Part shown: one piece after another, positions 1 to 11,094 of the stretch
Layout: every line of letters begins with the position of its first letter
Numbering within the stretch: the first letter of the stretch is position 1
DNA from: Escherichia phage ERS-1
Sequence record: PP337211
DNA: 64,000 nt
Strand: one strand, 5' to 3'
Translations under genes and position numbers: made by a program
Notes under the pieces: generated by a model
The model's database searches: none
What the model was told of the DNA's origin: nothing
The model's input: only the letters and a program-made list of their open reading frames with translations

Positions 1-1752
1 GCGATCGACCGGGAGACGCTGACGCGCTCCCAGCCCGCTCCGTCCGAGGCGATTGCGAAGCAGGGGCGCGGGCGTCCCGGGCGTTCAGCTTCAGCTCGAA
101 GGCTCCGTTGTTCCCGAAGGATGGGTGGAGGCCAGACGGCCCGCGGTGACGCGGTACTGTTGGGGTGGAAGCCTTCAGTCACCTCCGTCTCGCGGGGCCG
201 CGGCCCCTGGATTCCCCGATCAGCGCGACCGGACCGGCGGCGTTGAGCTGGGCGTTGAATTGCCGCTCCGTCTCCGCCTTGTTCTCCGGCTCATCGCCGA
301 AGCAGACCCCGGCCCCGTCGGGCCGTAGGGGTGGGCTCCTCTGTCGTCGGGGTAAGTGGCATTTCGCGACGTCTCCCGGTTCGATCCGCAGGACCTTCCG
401 CCGGCCGGCTAGCCGAACCGGGTCGTGTCCGCCCGGGAGCGGCTGAACTCGCTGTGGATGCGGTCGAAGTCGGACGGGTGGACGGGGCGGATCGGTAGAT
501 TCATGAAGGGTCGCGGTCGCCGGTTGGGTTGCTCCAGGCATTCCCCGGCGTCGAAGTCGTGGACCTGTAATGGAGGATCTGGGGTCGCTGTCCGGTGATC
601 GTCTCCCCATGCCCGGGCTTCGCCGGCGGTGTGCGGCGTACTGGCTTTATGGGGGTTAACGGAATTCGAACAGGGCCTGCGTCGGGTTGGCTTCGCCTCC
701 GTGCCGGGTCCGAAGCCGCCGGACGGCCCGCTTCGCCTGGTCGATCGAGTTCGTCACTGTTCCGTGGTTCTCGGGTGTTGGAATAAGGTCGTTCTGGCGC
801 TCCCGCTCCGCCTCCGTCTGTTGGTGCGGCCGGGCGCGGGGCGTCCGCGGCGGTCGCGGACCTCCCATTCACCGGCCGCCTTCCTCCGGGTAGCTGGAGC
901 CGGCGGGCCGCTCGCCTTCGCGGGCGAGGGTTCCCGGTAGGTGACCTGATGAGGCAGGGGATGCCCGCCGCGGTCCTCGAACCTGGAGTGTCAGCCTCCC
1001 CCGGATCGCCGGAGCCGGTACCCGGTGACGGTTCGGCTCCGTCGTCGGCAGTCGTGGCGGTGATCCTTCGCCCGGCGGACCTGTAGCCGTCGCGGGTCGT
1101 GCCCGGAGGAGGTGGATGGCGCGGCGGTCGGCGGGGCGTTCGGCGTGTCGTTGCCTCGCCCTCCTTCGCCGGGGTTCGGGGCCGCGTGGCCTTCCCCCTC
1201 TGGGCGGCCTTCAGGGCCGCGCGGACTTCGCCCGGGACCTCGTCGAGCAGCTGGATCGCGTCGGCGTCCAGGGGCTCGCGCCCCGTTGAACTTCGGCAGG
1301 GCCTCCTCGAACCGCCAGCGGCCCGGGCGAGGGTCGCCTGAGCGTCGCCGGTCCGGGAACCTCCTGAAGTGACGGAAGATGTCCGCGGCGAGGCGGGCCG
1401 CTCCTTCCCTCACTTGGACAGGCCTTGGTCACCGTGATCTGGAGGGCAGCCCGGGCGTCTCCGCCGCAGAACCCGCTGGCTGGTAGCCTTCCCGGGGGCG
1501 GTTGATCGGTTTGGTGCCGCTTCTTTACCTCCCGGGGCGTTGCTGGGCTTCGTCCGCTCGCGGCGGTCGATGGTCTGCCCATCTCCTCCTGTTGTCCGCG
1601 GCGAGTTCGAGGAGGGACGCCCGGGCGCGGGCTTCCGATCCGCCCTGGGTCGTTCGCGTTCCGCGGTCGCGGAGGTCGTTGAGGGTGTTCTCCCGGGTTG
1701 GTAGTTGTTGGCCGGCGGTTGGGTTCTCCTTCAGAAGGATGATCTGCTTGAC

Positions 1753-2532
1753 TTACCTTTGCCTGGTGCGGTCGAAGTCGCGGTGAAGTGGGTGATCTTC
1801 GGCTGGACTTGTTTGGTGGCACAGGCCCTCCGGGGTCGCGATTTGGCGTAGTGGATGGAGTGGACCTGGTTCCGGCCGGGTTGCCGGGTTCCTGACTTCC
1901 GCGCGGGCGAAGGACTGGAATTGGTAGCTGTCGGACTTGATCGTGAGGCGGCCTTGAAGTTGCCCAGGGACAGGACGCGGCGGGCGGTCAGGTCCTGGCG
2001 ACCTTGGTCGATGGTCTCCTCCAGGAGGACGGCCTTGGTGGCGTTGGCGGATTTGGTTTTGCTCTTCTTTTCTGGGAAGTTCGGCGGATCGGCTCCGCCC
2101 CGGGTTGGTGTATTGGTTGATGGCGGCGATGATTTCCTGCCTCCGGGTGGTCGAAGGCGAGTTGCGTGGCTTGTAGAAGGTTCCGCTCCAAGTCCTCGCG
2201 CTGGGGTACTTCTGGTAGGGCGTTGAAGCGGCCTGTGATTGGCTGCGGCGTCTCCGCTGACCTCGCCCGAGTAGCCGTTGGTGTCCTGCTGTTGGCTTCC
2301 GGTTCTCAAATTGCCGGGGGCGGGTATTGCGCGCTGTTGGACCTGCCGGCATGTACCCTGTACGCGCCGTCGTACTCCTCCGGGGCCCTTCTGGAGGTGG
2401 CTGGCAGGCCCTTCCCACCGGAGGAAGCCGCGCCAAGAAGGTCGGGAGGATTTGGAGGCGCTGTCGTCGTTGTCGATGCGGGTGGCGGTGATCTTGCTCG
2501 TGTGAGTTCTCCAGTTCCGTTGTGGCCGGCAC
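1753..2532 (-). CDS. Hypothetical protein (frameshifted)
   Basis: Minus-strand stretches with high third-position GC and protein-like composition (e.g. TKAVLLEETIDQGRQDLTARRVLSLGNFKAA) spread across three frames, downstream of motif copy 1. Confidence 0.3.
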   Translation of the reverse strand: MPATTELENSHEQDHRHPHRQRRQRLQILPTFLARLPPVGRACQPPPEGPRRSTTARTGYMPAGPTARNTRPRQFENRKPTAGHQRLLGRGQRRRRSQSQAASTPYQKYPSARTWSGTFYKPRNSPSTTRRQEIIAAINQYTNPGRSRSAELPRKEEQNQIRQRHQGRPPGGDHRPRSPGPDRPPRPVPGQLQGRLTIKSDSYQFQSFARAEVRNPATRPEPGPLHPLRQIATPEGLCHQTSPAEDHPLHRDFDRTRQR

Positions 2533-2544
2533 CGTCCCGACCTG

Positions 2545-2582
2545 AAAGAAGTATAGTGGGGGCCTCCGAAGAAGTAAAGCCC
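2545..2582 (-). promoter_or_regulatory. Bipartite conserved motif, copy 1 (sigma70-like -35/-10 on minus strand)
   Basis: Plus strand reads gaaagaagtatag-N-ccgaagaagtaaagcccc. On the minus strand this is TTTACT (2573-2578), an exact 17 nt spacer, then TATACT (2550-2555). Same orientation as flanking minus-strand genes. Confidence 0.5.
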
Positions 2583-2908
2583 CGGAGGTCGATCGGTTGA
2601 CGGGCGGTAGGGGTCGGAGTCCTCGCGCGGCGAAGGCCGGACCGCTCCCGCCTCGCCTTGTCGTGGATTGTTCGCCGTCCGCCTCCGCCGTCGGTCCCGG
2701 TCCCGAAGCTGAAGCCCGGGATCGTCGCGCGGAGGACCGCGAGCCGTTGGGCGAGACGTTCGGGCGATCCCCGTTGCGAACTCATCGCCCGGCGGAGTTC
2801 CCCGGCTGGCCTGAAGGATTGGCGAGGGCGTCCGCGGGACCTGGAGGGCTTGATCGCCGGCGCGGTGGCCCTGTTGTCGTTGATTCGTTTCCTGCGAGTC
2901 GGGACGGG

Positions 2909-3616
2909 TCAGGGCGACGGCCCGGGCCTCCCCGAGGGCTCCGGTGAAGGCCCTGCGGTTGAGGACCCCGGTGAGGGGTCCTGGTAGGTGGCGGCGCAGG
3001 CCCCGCCCTCAGCTTGCCGCGGAGGGCTTCGAGGAGGTTTGGGCGCTTCCGGCTGGTTTTTCGGGTTGCCGATCCGCTGGAGGTCGGTCTGGGCCTGGCC
3101 GCGCACTTCCGCGTGCTCCTCGGCGGTGGCCTTGATCTTCGGCTCCTCGCCTTCCTCCGCGTAGAAGGCCCCGGACTTCGAGCAGGCAGGCCCCGGTCGC
3201 GCGGTCGATTGTTGTGACGACGTGGACCGTCTCGATGCCGTAGCCGTTCCTGGCGTCCCGGTGAAGGTGTAGCGGTGGCGGCGGTTGCGTCTGAAGGCGG
3301 CGTGCGCTTCTTCGGCTCGCCCGCTGTTGGGCTTCGGCTTCGGCGGGCGAGTGCGGGACCCGGCGGGCGACCTCCTGGGCGGCTGCGTTTCCCCTTCCTC
3401 GAAGTCCGGGAGGGGCGTCGATGCCCGCTGCCGATGCAGCCCGCGGGGCCTCGTGGAACTCCTTGCCCGCGTAGGGTCCGAAGGCGAACTTGCCGCCCGA
3501 TGGCTGGCGCTTCTCCTCCTCCTCCGCGGCCCGTTCCGCGGCCCTGCGGTCCTCGCGTCTTCCGCTCGCGCTCCCGGCGCTCGGCTCGCGGCGTCGGCGC
3601 GGTGAATCGCGTTCAT
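2909..3616 (-). CDS. Hypothetical protein (frameshifted)
   Basis: ATG at 3616 preceded by GGGGAGG; protein-like segments (AFYAEEGEEPKIKATAEEHAEVRGQAQTDLQRIGNPK) in shifting frames. Confidence 0.4.
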   Translation of the reverse strand: MNAIHRADAASRAPGARAEDARTAGPRNGPRRRRRSASHRAASSPSDPTRARSSTRPRGLHRQRASTPLPDFEEGETQPPRRSPAGSRTRPPKPKPNSGRAEEAHAAFRRNRRHRYTFTGTPGTATASRRSTSSQQSTARPGPACSKSGAFYAEEGEEPKIKATAEEHAEVRGQAQTDLQRIGNPKNQPEAPKPPRSPPRQAEGGACAATYQDPSPGSSTAGPSPEPSGRPGPSP

Positions 3617-4227
3617 TTCCTCCCCGGAGGGAGTCGCGGGAGGTCGTGAGCTTCAGGCCCTTGCGCCTGGTGCTTCCCTGGGCCTTCTCGAAGGCTTCGT
3701 CGGGTCCTGGCCTGGCTCTTGACGTGGTAGCTGCGGACCTCGAAGGAGCCCTGAGGCTGCCTTCACCGTTGCGTTGCCCGGGCCGGGACCCGGGACGGCG
3801 TGGGTACGTCTCGCGGAGGGTGAAGAAGCTGTGCTCCCCCGACTCCGATGAAGGGTGGGGACGAAGGTGGAGGGGTTCTGGGTGCGGTTGTCGATGTGGT
3901 AGGCGGTCGAGCTCCTTTCTTGGGTGGGGAGGGCCTGAGCCCTCCCGTTCGATTGGCTGGCCGAACTTCCGGGGGCCCCGCGGCCTCCGCGAGGTCCGAA
4001 GCCGATGGCTCCTGTTGCCGTCGGCGCGGAGGACCTTTGTCGACCTGGCGGATCGCGCGATCGCCGGTGAAGGTCCGGGCGGCGCTGGCCTTGGCTTCGC
4101 GGGTGCCGGGAACTTTTGCGCGGCCCCGACTTCGCCCTGGGAGGTGGTGCCCTGTCGACGGTTCGCGGGCGGCGTGGGTCTGGCGGGAGGATGGTTCGAT
4201 CGGTTCTCCGCTTCTCAGGTTGTTAAC

Positions 4228-4273
4228 GTGAAGAAGCAGACCTGCCGCCGTTTGCCCGAAGAAGTAAAGCCCC
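4228..4273 (-). promoter_or_regulatory. Bipartite conserved motif, copy 2 (degenerate distal half)
   Basis: gtgaagaagcag ... cccgaagaagtaaagcccc; proximal 15-mer intact, distal half and spacing altered. Confidence 0.4.
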
Positions 4274-4299
4274 TGGTGGCCTCTTTTTCGACCCGCGAG

Positions 4300-4950
4300 G
4301 AGGGAGGGCCGAGCCTCCCGCTTCGTCTCGCCTTGCCTTCGGCTTCCCGGCCTTCGCCTCCGCGGCGGCGATGATGATAGACGGGGCAGGGTGCCGTTTG
4401 GTAGTAGAAGGCCCGGAGGAAGGTGGTGCCGTGCTGGCTTGTTCGTAGTGGACGTTGGCGTGGACCGGGAGCCCGCCGAAGATGTCGTGGAGGCGGAGGG
4501 CGTTGTTGTACTGCTCCTGCGCTCCTTCCGTCGCGGATGGACTTGGTTGCGGCTTCGACCTTGGCGTTGTCGCTGGCGCGTTCGATCTTCACCCTTGCCA
4601 GCGGCCTTGATAGCGGCGCGGACGGCTCCGAGGGCTTCGATCTGGGCGACGGTCGCGGCGGTCTGCGGGTCGCGGAGGGCGAGGGCGGAGTGCTTGGCCT
4701 TCCGTTGTGGGGTAGTCGGCCAGGTTTGGGCGCGGTCCGACCGCGGTGCGGGCGTCGTGCTGATGTCCGGTACCCTGCCGGCGACGTCGCGCTTCTGGCT
4801 CGAAGGCGCTGTTGAGGTCGCGGAGGGCTTCTCGTCGAGCGGCCTTGGAGGTGAAAGCCGGCCTCGAAGCGGGCGGTGGCGCGGTCGATGTAGAAGGAAG
4901 CGGTGCGGGCCGATGTTCTCCCGTTTCTGTGGTTGCCGTTCTCGTTGAAC
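4300..4950 (-). CDS. Hypothetical protein between motif copies 3 and 2
   Basis: Protein-like minus-strand segments (TAATVAQIEALGAVRAAIKAAGK, IERASDNAKVEAATKSIRDG) with frame breaks; leader GAAACGGGAGAACATCGG resembles the copy 8 leader but lacks ATG. Confidence 0.3.
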
Positions 4951-4992
4951 GTGAAGAAAGTATAGTGGGGGCCTCCGAAGAAGTAAAGCCCC
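4951..4992 (-). promoter_or_regulatory. Bipartite conserved motif, copy 3
   Basis: gtgaagaaagtatagtgggggcctccgaagaagtaaagcc, nearly identical to copy 1; minus strand TTTACT-17 nt-TATACT. Confidence 0.5.
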
Positions 4993-7900
4993 CCCCGCGC
5001 GGTTCTTTTGATTCGGTGGGCCCGTGGTGGTCCCGAGCTGGCCGGCCCCCTCCCTCCGCTCCTCCGCTCCTTTCGCCCTGTTGGCCCCCGGCTCCCCGGC
5101 GGCATCTTCGCCGCGGCCTCCGCCATCCGGGCGCCTCGCGGTCCGTGTCGTGGAGGATGCGGCCAGTTGCCGAGTCGATTTGCTGCGGGTCCCTTGGGTT
5201 CTCCTTCTGGGTCGCCCCGGAGGACGTTGGGTGCTCGGAGGAGGGATCTGGCGGGGTGGTCTTTCCTGGCCGGCGTGGACGGCTTGCGCGCCTTCCGGCT
5301 TCGACCTGCCCCGCTCCTTCGCCCGTGCGCGGTGCGGGTGTCCCGCGGCGGAGATCCCCGGGATCGGCACGCCCGCCCGGCGATAGTAACCTCGGCAACG
5401 GCGATGTTGGGCTACGGCCCCTGGCCGGGTCGCTTCGCGTCGGGTACCGCCCAACCCTGCGGGCCAGGTCGGTCTGCGCGGAGCGCATTGCCTTCGGCGG
5501 GCGCTTGGGCTGGAGCCGCCCTGGTCCCGCCCGGCAACTGGACCGTGGAGGGTTCCACCCCGCCGCCGGGTAGGCGCCTGGAGGTTGCGTCGCCCTCGAG
5601 GTGTCTGGCTTCGCCGGATCCGGTTCGGCCGTCGAACGGGATCGCCCCGACCTGAATGACCCCGGCGTCGGCCGGTCGCCGCTTCGTTTTCCTGCCGATC
5701 GGCGCTGCCGGTTCGCGTTGTCGTCGTGATCACCTTCCTCCTCTTTGTTTGATCTCGCTTTGAAATCCCGGGGCCTTTGTTGCGGCATCCCGGACCACTC
5801 GCCGCCCTCCGCCTTTTTAGGGGCGGGCCTCCGTCCGGTTGAAGGGGTGAGCGGCGGTGGTCCGCTGGTCCCGGTGTGCGACTCCCAGTCGCGGGAACCG
5901 ATAGGCCCCCGGCGGGGGTTGATGAAGTAGCGTGGGGCGACCGCCTCCGAAGCGGTGCGGAACCGATAGGCCCCTGTGCCCTGCCACTCCCCGCGGCGGG
6001 GTTTCCTCCGGCTCGTCCGCCTCCCGGCGGCGGGCGCTTCGCCTTCCCCTTCTTGACCTTGCGGACGCGGGCCTTGCCGACCGGGCTGTTCGAGAAGGCG
6101 AGGTGGAGGGCGTAGCGCGGTGACCGTCCGCTGGCCGTCGATTGGCTGAGTTCTCCGGCTTTGGGTTCGGAAGAAGTCCGGCTCCTTTGGCTCGCCCGGG
6201 GGGCGGTCGCGTCCGCTCCGGCAACCTGACCATCCTGCAGGGCTGACGCGGCGGCGGGTGAACCTGTGAGCCCAGGGGGGTGAATCTGGATCTTGTGCCC
6301 TGCTGCGCTGGGATCCCTGTGACGTTCTGGAAGGACTGGGCCGTGGTCTGGAAGGACCTTCACCCCCGGGCCGTCTGCCCGTGGAAGGGTGTAGGCCCGG
6401 TGGGCGACTCCGGCCCCAGGTGGTCGCCCGGGAGGTCCGGATGAAGTCCTTTGCCCCGCTTCCCCGTCGTTTGTGGCGGGTTCGGTGGTTTCTCCGGTAG
6501 GGGTTGTTGGTCGAAGCCCGGGGCGGTCCTGTCCCGGGCCCGTGATCGGTCCCGACTCCGGCGGCGGGGCGGCGGGCGTCCGCCTGAACCTGCTCCGCCT
6601 GCCGGCCGCCGCGAACCGGGTTGCCCTTTGGCCTGGCGGGTTGAAACGGAGGTCTTGGCCTCCTGGCGTGGGCGTAGCCGTTCCCTTCTTGGTTTGAAGG
6701 GAACCTCCCGGGATGTACCCGGCCCTCGGTCCCGGTTCTCCTTCAGTTCTGGCCCTCCTCTCGTCGTCCGTTCCTTGCCCGTGCCGCTCCGCTCCTCCCT
6801 GAGGTCGCCGCGAGCCGTCGCCGGTCGGACGCCCGGGCCTTCTGCGCTGTTCCTCACAGCCTCCACCTGCCGACGGAAGGGCGAAGGCGAGAAGGCGGAG
6901 GCCCCCGTGGATCGCCGCGTCGGAAGGTTTGCCGGCGGCCGCTCCGCCTTGGGCTTGTACGTCCCGTGGGGCGCTTGTTCGGGGTCTTGGTTTGGTGCTG
7001 GCCCTCCTTCGGGTGCCGATGAATCTGGTGCCAAGCGGTCCGGGTCGCGCTCCTCGCGGATCGCCTCCCGGTGCCCGCCCTCGATCCGTGCTCCCGTGCC
7101 AAGCCCCTGGCTCGCCCTGGAAGGCGAGCTGGTGCGCTTCCCCGGTCGGCGCCCGCTCCGGGTAGGTGAGCTGGGCGGCAGTCCTTGCCACGTTCTTCCT
7201 GCCCGTGCCCGTCCGTGGAGTTCGCTGAAGTCGCCCGAGGCTTCGACTTGGCAACGGTACGCGGCCCGTCCTCGAAGGCCCCGCGGGCGGTTTGGCGTTG
7301 AATCTCCGCGAAGTGGCGACGGAAGCGGGCCGCGCGGAACTGGAGTTGGTGGGCGACGGACGGGCCGCCGAGGACCTCGTCCGCGGTGTGATGCCCTGCC
7401 CGCTGTCCGTAGTCGCGGACCTCCTCCGGCTTCGCGGAGGGTACGGCGGCGGCGATTGCCTCGAAGGCGACGGCCGGGTAGCCTTGCGCGCTGCCTCCTC
7501 GCCCTTCTTCGGGCGTAGGTTCCGAAGAAGCGATGGCCGGGTTGTTCGTCTTGATCCGTGTTCGTCTCCGTGTCGATCCGGGGTTTGTCGTCGTCCGGCT
7601 TCGGGAGGAGGGCGATGGCGCCCGCTTCGCGGAGTTCCTTCGGTGGAGCGGTCGCGGTCCCGGGATCGCCAGGCCGGTGAGCCAACCGATGAGCCGGCGT
7701 GTCGGTGGCGGCGGGTCGGCTTCCCTGGAGTCTTGGGCAAACACTCCCGGCGCTGGACCCGGTGCACCTGCTCCGAGGCGAGGACGCCCCGGGCGATGAC
7801 CTGAACCCTCCCGTCCGTGAGGGAGGCGTTGCCGGCACTCCTCGGCTGGGTACGGCCGGGCTGCTTCGTCCGTTCGTCCCTGCCGGCCCTCCGTGGAGTT

Positions 7901-9814
7901 CCCCGAGGCGCTGATCTGCCTGCGCCACTTCCCCGTGGCTTCTCTGGCGGTTTGAGGTAGCGAAGGCGGCGCGCTGCTCCTGGTTTTCGTTCTGCTGCCT
8001 TCGCCCGTTGGCTTCGAGGCGCTTCTGCTTCTCCGGTACGTCGCGGCGAGTTCCGCCGAGCGGCCCCTCCCCGAAGGCCCGGACCGCATCCTGGGAGGCC
8101 ACCCGGGTCGATGTTGTCGCCGTACTTCTCCCCCTGGTACTCCGCGGCGGCTCCCGCCGTCCCGATCGGTCTGGAGGAGGCGCTGCTGGCTCGTGGCTGG
8201 CTGGTCGATGTCCGTGGAGGACTTCGCTGGCGGACTGGCGATGCGATCGGACCGTGACCTGGTACTTGCGGGGGTCCTCCGGGTTGCGCCCGAGGCGGGC
8301 CTGGCACGCCTGGATGGTAGTGGTTGTGCTGGTTCTCCTTCGGCGGTGGGGGTTGGCTTTCCGAGGTGGCCGCGGCCCGTAGACGTTCGCTGTCCTGGCC
8401 CTCGAAGAAGCCCCCGGCCTGGAAGGTCGGCCACCGTCCTTCGGCTCCGGCGGCGACCCCCTCCGCGGACTGGTCCGTTGGGGCGGCGTCCGCGGACTCG
8501 AAGCCCCGGCGGTGAAGAAGTGGCCGGAGTCGCTGAGGATGTAGAACTTGTCCGGTTGTCCCAGCGCGCTCCCCGGCTCCGGAGGTTATCGCGTGCTGGA
8601 CTTTCTTCCGCACGGGCTCCGGTCCGTTGCGGCGGCGGTTCACCCCCATCTGGAAGCTTCGCCGGCCCCCGAAGGTCGTTGCTTCTCCGCGACCTGGGCG
8701 AGGGTGATGAAGATGTTTGCGGGTCCTTTGCAGTTCCTGGACCTGGCTCTGGTCCAGTGTCTCGACCGGGACGGCGGCGACCGTGGCGAGGCCAGTGACC
8801 TGCTCCGCCACCTCGCCCGGTCGGCGGCGACTTCCGCCGGGCGCTTCGCCGAAGGCGTCGTCTGCCCTGCGGGTGATCGATTCTTGGGTTTCGTCGCTCG
8901 TTTGGTTCTCCGAGGTTCGGGGTACGGTTGCCCTGGGGTCGGGCGGGATCGTGCCTGTCCTGCCGCTCGAAGCGGGCCGGGTCCGGCTTCGCCCCACCTC
9001 CGCCGGGAGGACCCGGACGGAGGGGCGAGGCGTGGGGAATTGCTGCCGATCTGCGGCTCGCCGGACCGTCTCCTGGCGTTATAGGGGCCGGTCCTCCGGT
9101 GCCGCCTGCGTGGCGAGGTGGGCCAGGGCGAAGATCCTGCGGTTTCGGTCGGGCTCTGCGCTTCGAGGTGGTCGGTGGACTGGAGGAGGTCGCCGGGGAG
9201 GGGCGGGCGTCCTCCGCCTCGCGCTTGCTCCTGGAAGGCGTGCCGTGGGTTGTCGGAACAGCTCGTGTCCTGTCTTCCCCGCCCTGCTCCTCCTTCGGCA
9301 GGTCCGCGGTGTCGGCGGGAGGCTGCCCTGCCCCGGCTCGTTCCGCTCCTGGGCGTCCCGCCCGAGTTCGTTCCTGTCGCTCCTGGAACTCGCGTTCGGC
9401 CCTCGCCTTCTGGGCGTGGGCTTGTTGGTGGATGCCGTGGACGGCCCGGCGGCGGTCGGGCGTCTCCGGTGAGACGGATGGTGGTCTTGCGGCTCAGGCG
9501 GTTCTCCGGTGATCTGTTCGCCCGGAAGGGAGGCGATGGTGTCGGCTTGGTTCTGCGGTGCGGGTTTCAGTCGCACCTGGCCGGTGGCGGAGGTGGATGA
9601 CCCTCAACGGCGTCCGGCCTGTCCGGTCCCCGGAGGTGCGCTTGCTGATGTAGATTTTGCCCGCTGCCCGGCCTGGACCTCCTCGCCCTGAGCCGCCAGG
9701 ATGATCGGGTACTCCTGGACGGCGAAGCCCTGCTGCTTGCAGAAGCCGCGGCCTTCTCCGCCGGTCCGTTCCGCTTGCCGGCGGTTGGGTCGCCTCCTCG
9801 CGGAGCTGGTCCCT

Positions 9815-10560
9815 TTACCCGGCTGCGAAGCCTTCGGCGCGGAGCGGGGGCGAGGAGTCGAAGCTGCGGGCGAGTTCGGAGACGGTCGCCAGGAAGGGCT
9901 TGGACGGCTCCACGCCCTCGAACTCCGCCTTCGCCGAAGGTCGCCTTGGGCGCGGTGACGGCCTTCTTGACGGGGGAGCCGTTGCGACTTGCAGAAGCCC
10001 GCGACGGGACGGCGGCGCTGATGTCCCCTTACCCTTGATGGCCCGATCTTCCCGTGTTCGGCCTTCTTCTGGATGTTGTAGGTGAACTGCGAGGGGTTGT
10101 CCTGCCGGTAGGCTTGTACGCCCTGGCAGACGAAGTGGGACGGGCCGGGATGGATGTGGACGGCCTCGTGGCGCTCCTGGGTCGCTGGCAGGATGATGTC
10201 GGAGCGGAGGCCGGTGTCCCGGCCCCCGCCCGGGACCCGGTTGCGGTTTCGTCCGCGGCGACTTCCGGGACCTCGCTGGCCTCGAGCCTCGCCCCGTTCG
10301 TCCTTCGTGTTGCAGTGGCTCGCGGAAGGCTTGCCCACTTTTCCCTGCTCCGCCGACCTCCGTGGTGAAGCCCGGACGGCGGTTGTTCGCTTCGCTACCG
10401 TTGAAGTCGGTTGACCGGACGTGATCCCGCTTGATGCCGAACTCCGGCTTGCGCTTCCCGGCGTGAATGGTGATGTCGTGGCCCTCGCGGAGGAGGATGG
10501 CGATGGCGCAACTGAGGCCGGTCCCGAAGAAGCCGATGGCCCCGGGGGTTCTCCTTCCAG
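9815..10560 (-). CDS. NAD(P)-binding Rossmann-fold dehydrogenase-like protein
   Basis: N-terminal beta-alpha-beta dinucleotide-binding motif AIGFFGTGLSCAIAILLREGHDITIH with high third-position GC; AAGGAGAA upstream; frame is lost after about 70 codons. Confidence 0.4.
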
Positions 10561-10871
10561 CTGACCCCGAAGGTGGTGATGGACTTGGGGTCAAATGATG
10601 CCCTTGTTGCGGAAGATTATCCGTTGTGACTCCTCTTGGGTTGTTGAAGGGACCTTACTCCTCCCCTTGCCGGCGGTCCGGCAGGGCTCTGTCGATCTGG
10701 GGAGCCGTCCGCGTTGCCCCGCCCCTCCGGTTGTAGCTGATATGAACCTCCGGGCGGTCCGGTAGTCTGGAGACCCTGCTGGTGCCCCGGTGGTGACGGC
10801 GAAGGCGCAGCGGAGCCTGCCGGCGTGGTCGTGCCCCGCCGGCGTCCCTTGCAGGCCGAAGGCGATTGACT

Positions 10872-10978
10872 TCAACGAATCGCAACGGCTTTGCCTGGTC
10901 CTCGCGCCGACTTCTTGCGGTTTTGCGCCGCGCGGGATCGGGTGCCCGTGTATGCGGCGGAAGGCTTCTTGTAGTTCA
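10872..10978 (-). CDS. Small basic protein
   Basis: GGAAAGGAG, 9 nt, then ATG at 10978; translation MNYKKPSAAYTGTRSRAAQNRKK...; about 65 nt downstream of motif copy 4. Confidence 0.4.
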
Positions 10979-11044
10979 TGATGGGCTGCTCCTTTCCAAT
11001 CTTGAATCGCGGGTGCTGGTCTGGGGTTGGTTGTTTGGACTCGT

Positions 11045-11082
11045 GTGAAGAAGTATAGTGGTTGTCCGAAGAAGTAAAGCGG
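11045..11082 (-). promoter_or_regulatory. Bipartite conserved motif, copy 4, about 65 nt upstream of an RBS and ATG
   Basis: gtgaagaagtatagtggttgtccgaagaagtaaagcgg with a 15 nt spacer; followed on the minus strand by GGAAAGGAG and the ATG at 10978. Confidence 0.5.
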
Positions 11083-11094
11083 TTTGGTGGTTTG

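Noticed and set aside
3763-8997. 1,744 aa ORF on the minus strand, the longest in the track
   Set aside because: Translation is low-complexity Arg/Pro/Gly/Ser-rich with no motifs; typical wrong-frame open stretch in GC-rich DNA. Real coding signal in this interval is in other, interrupted frames.
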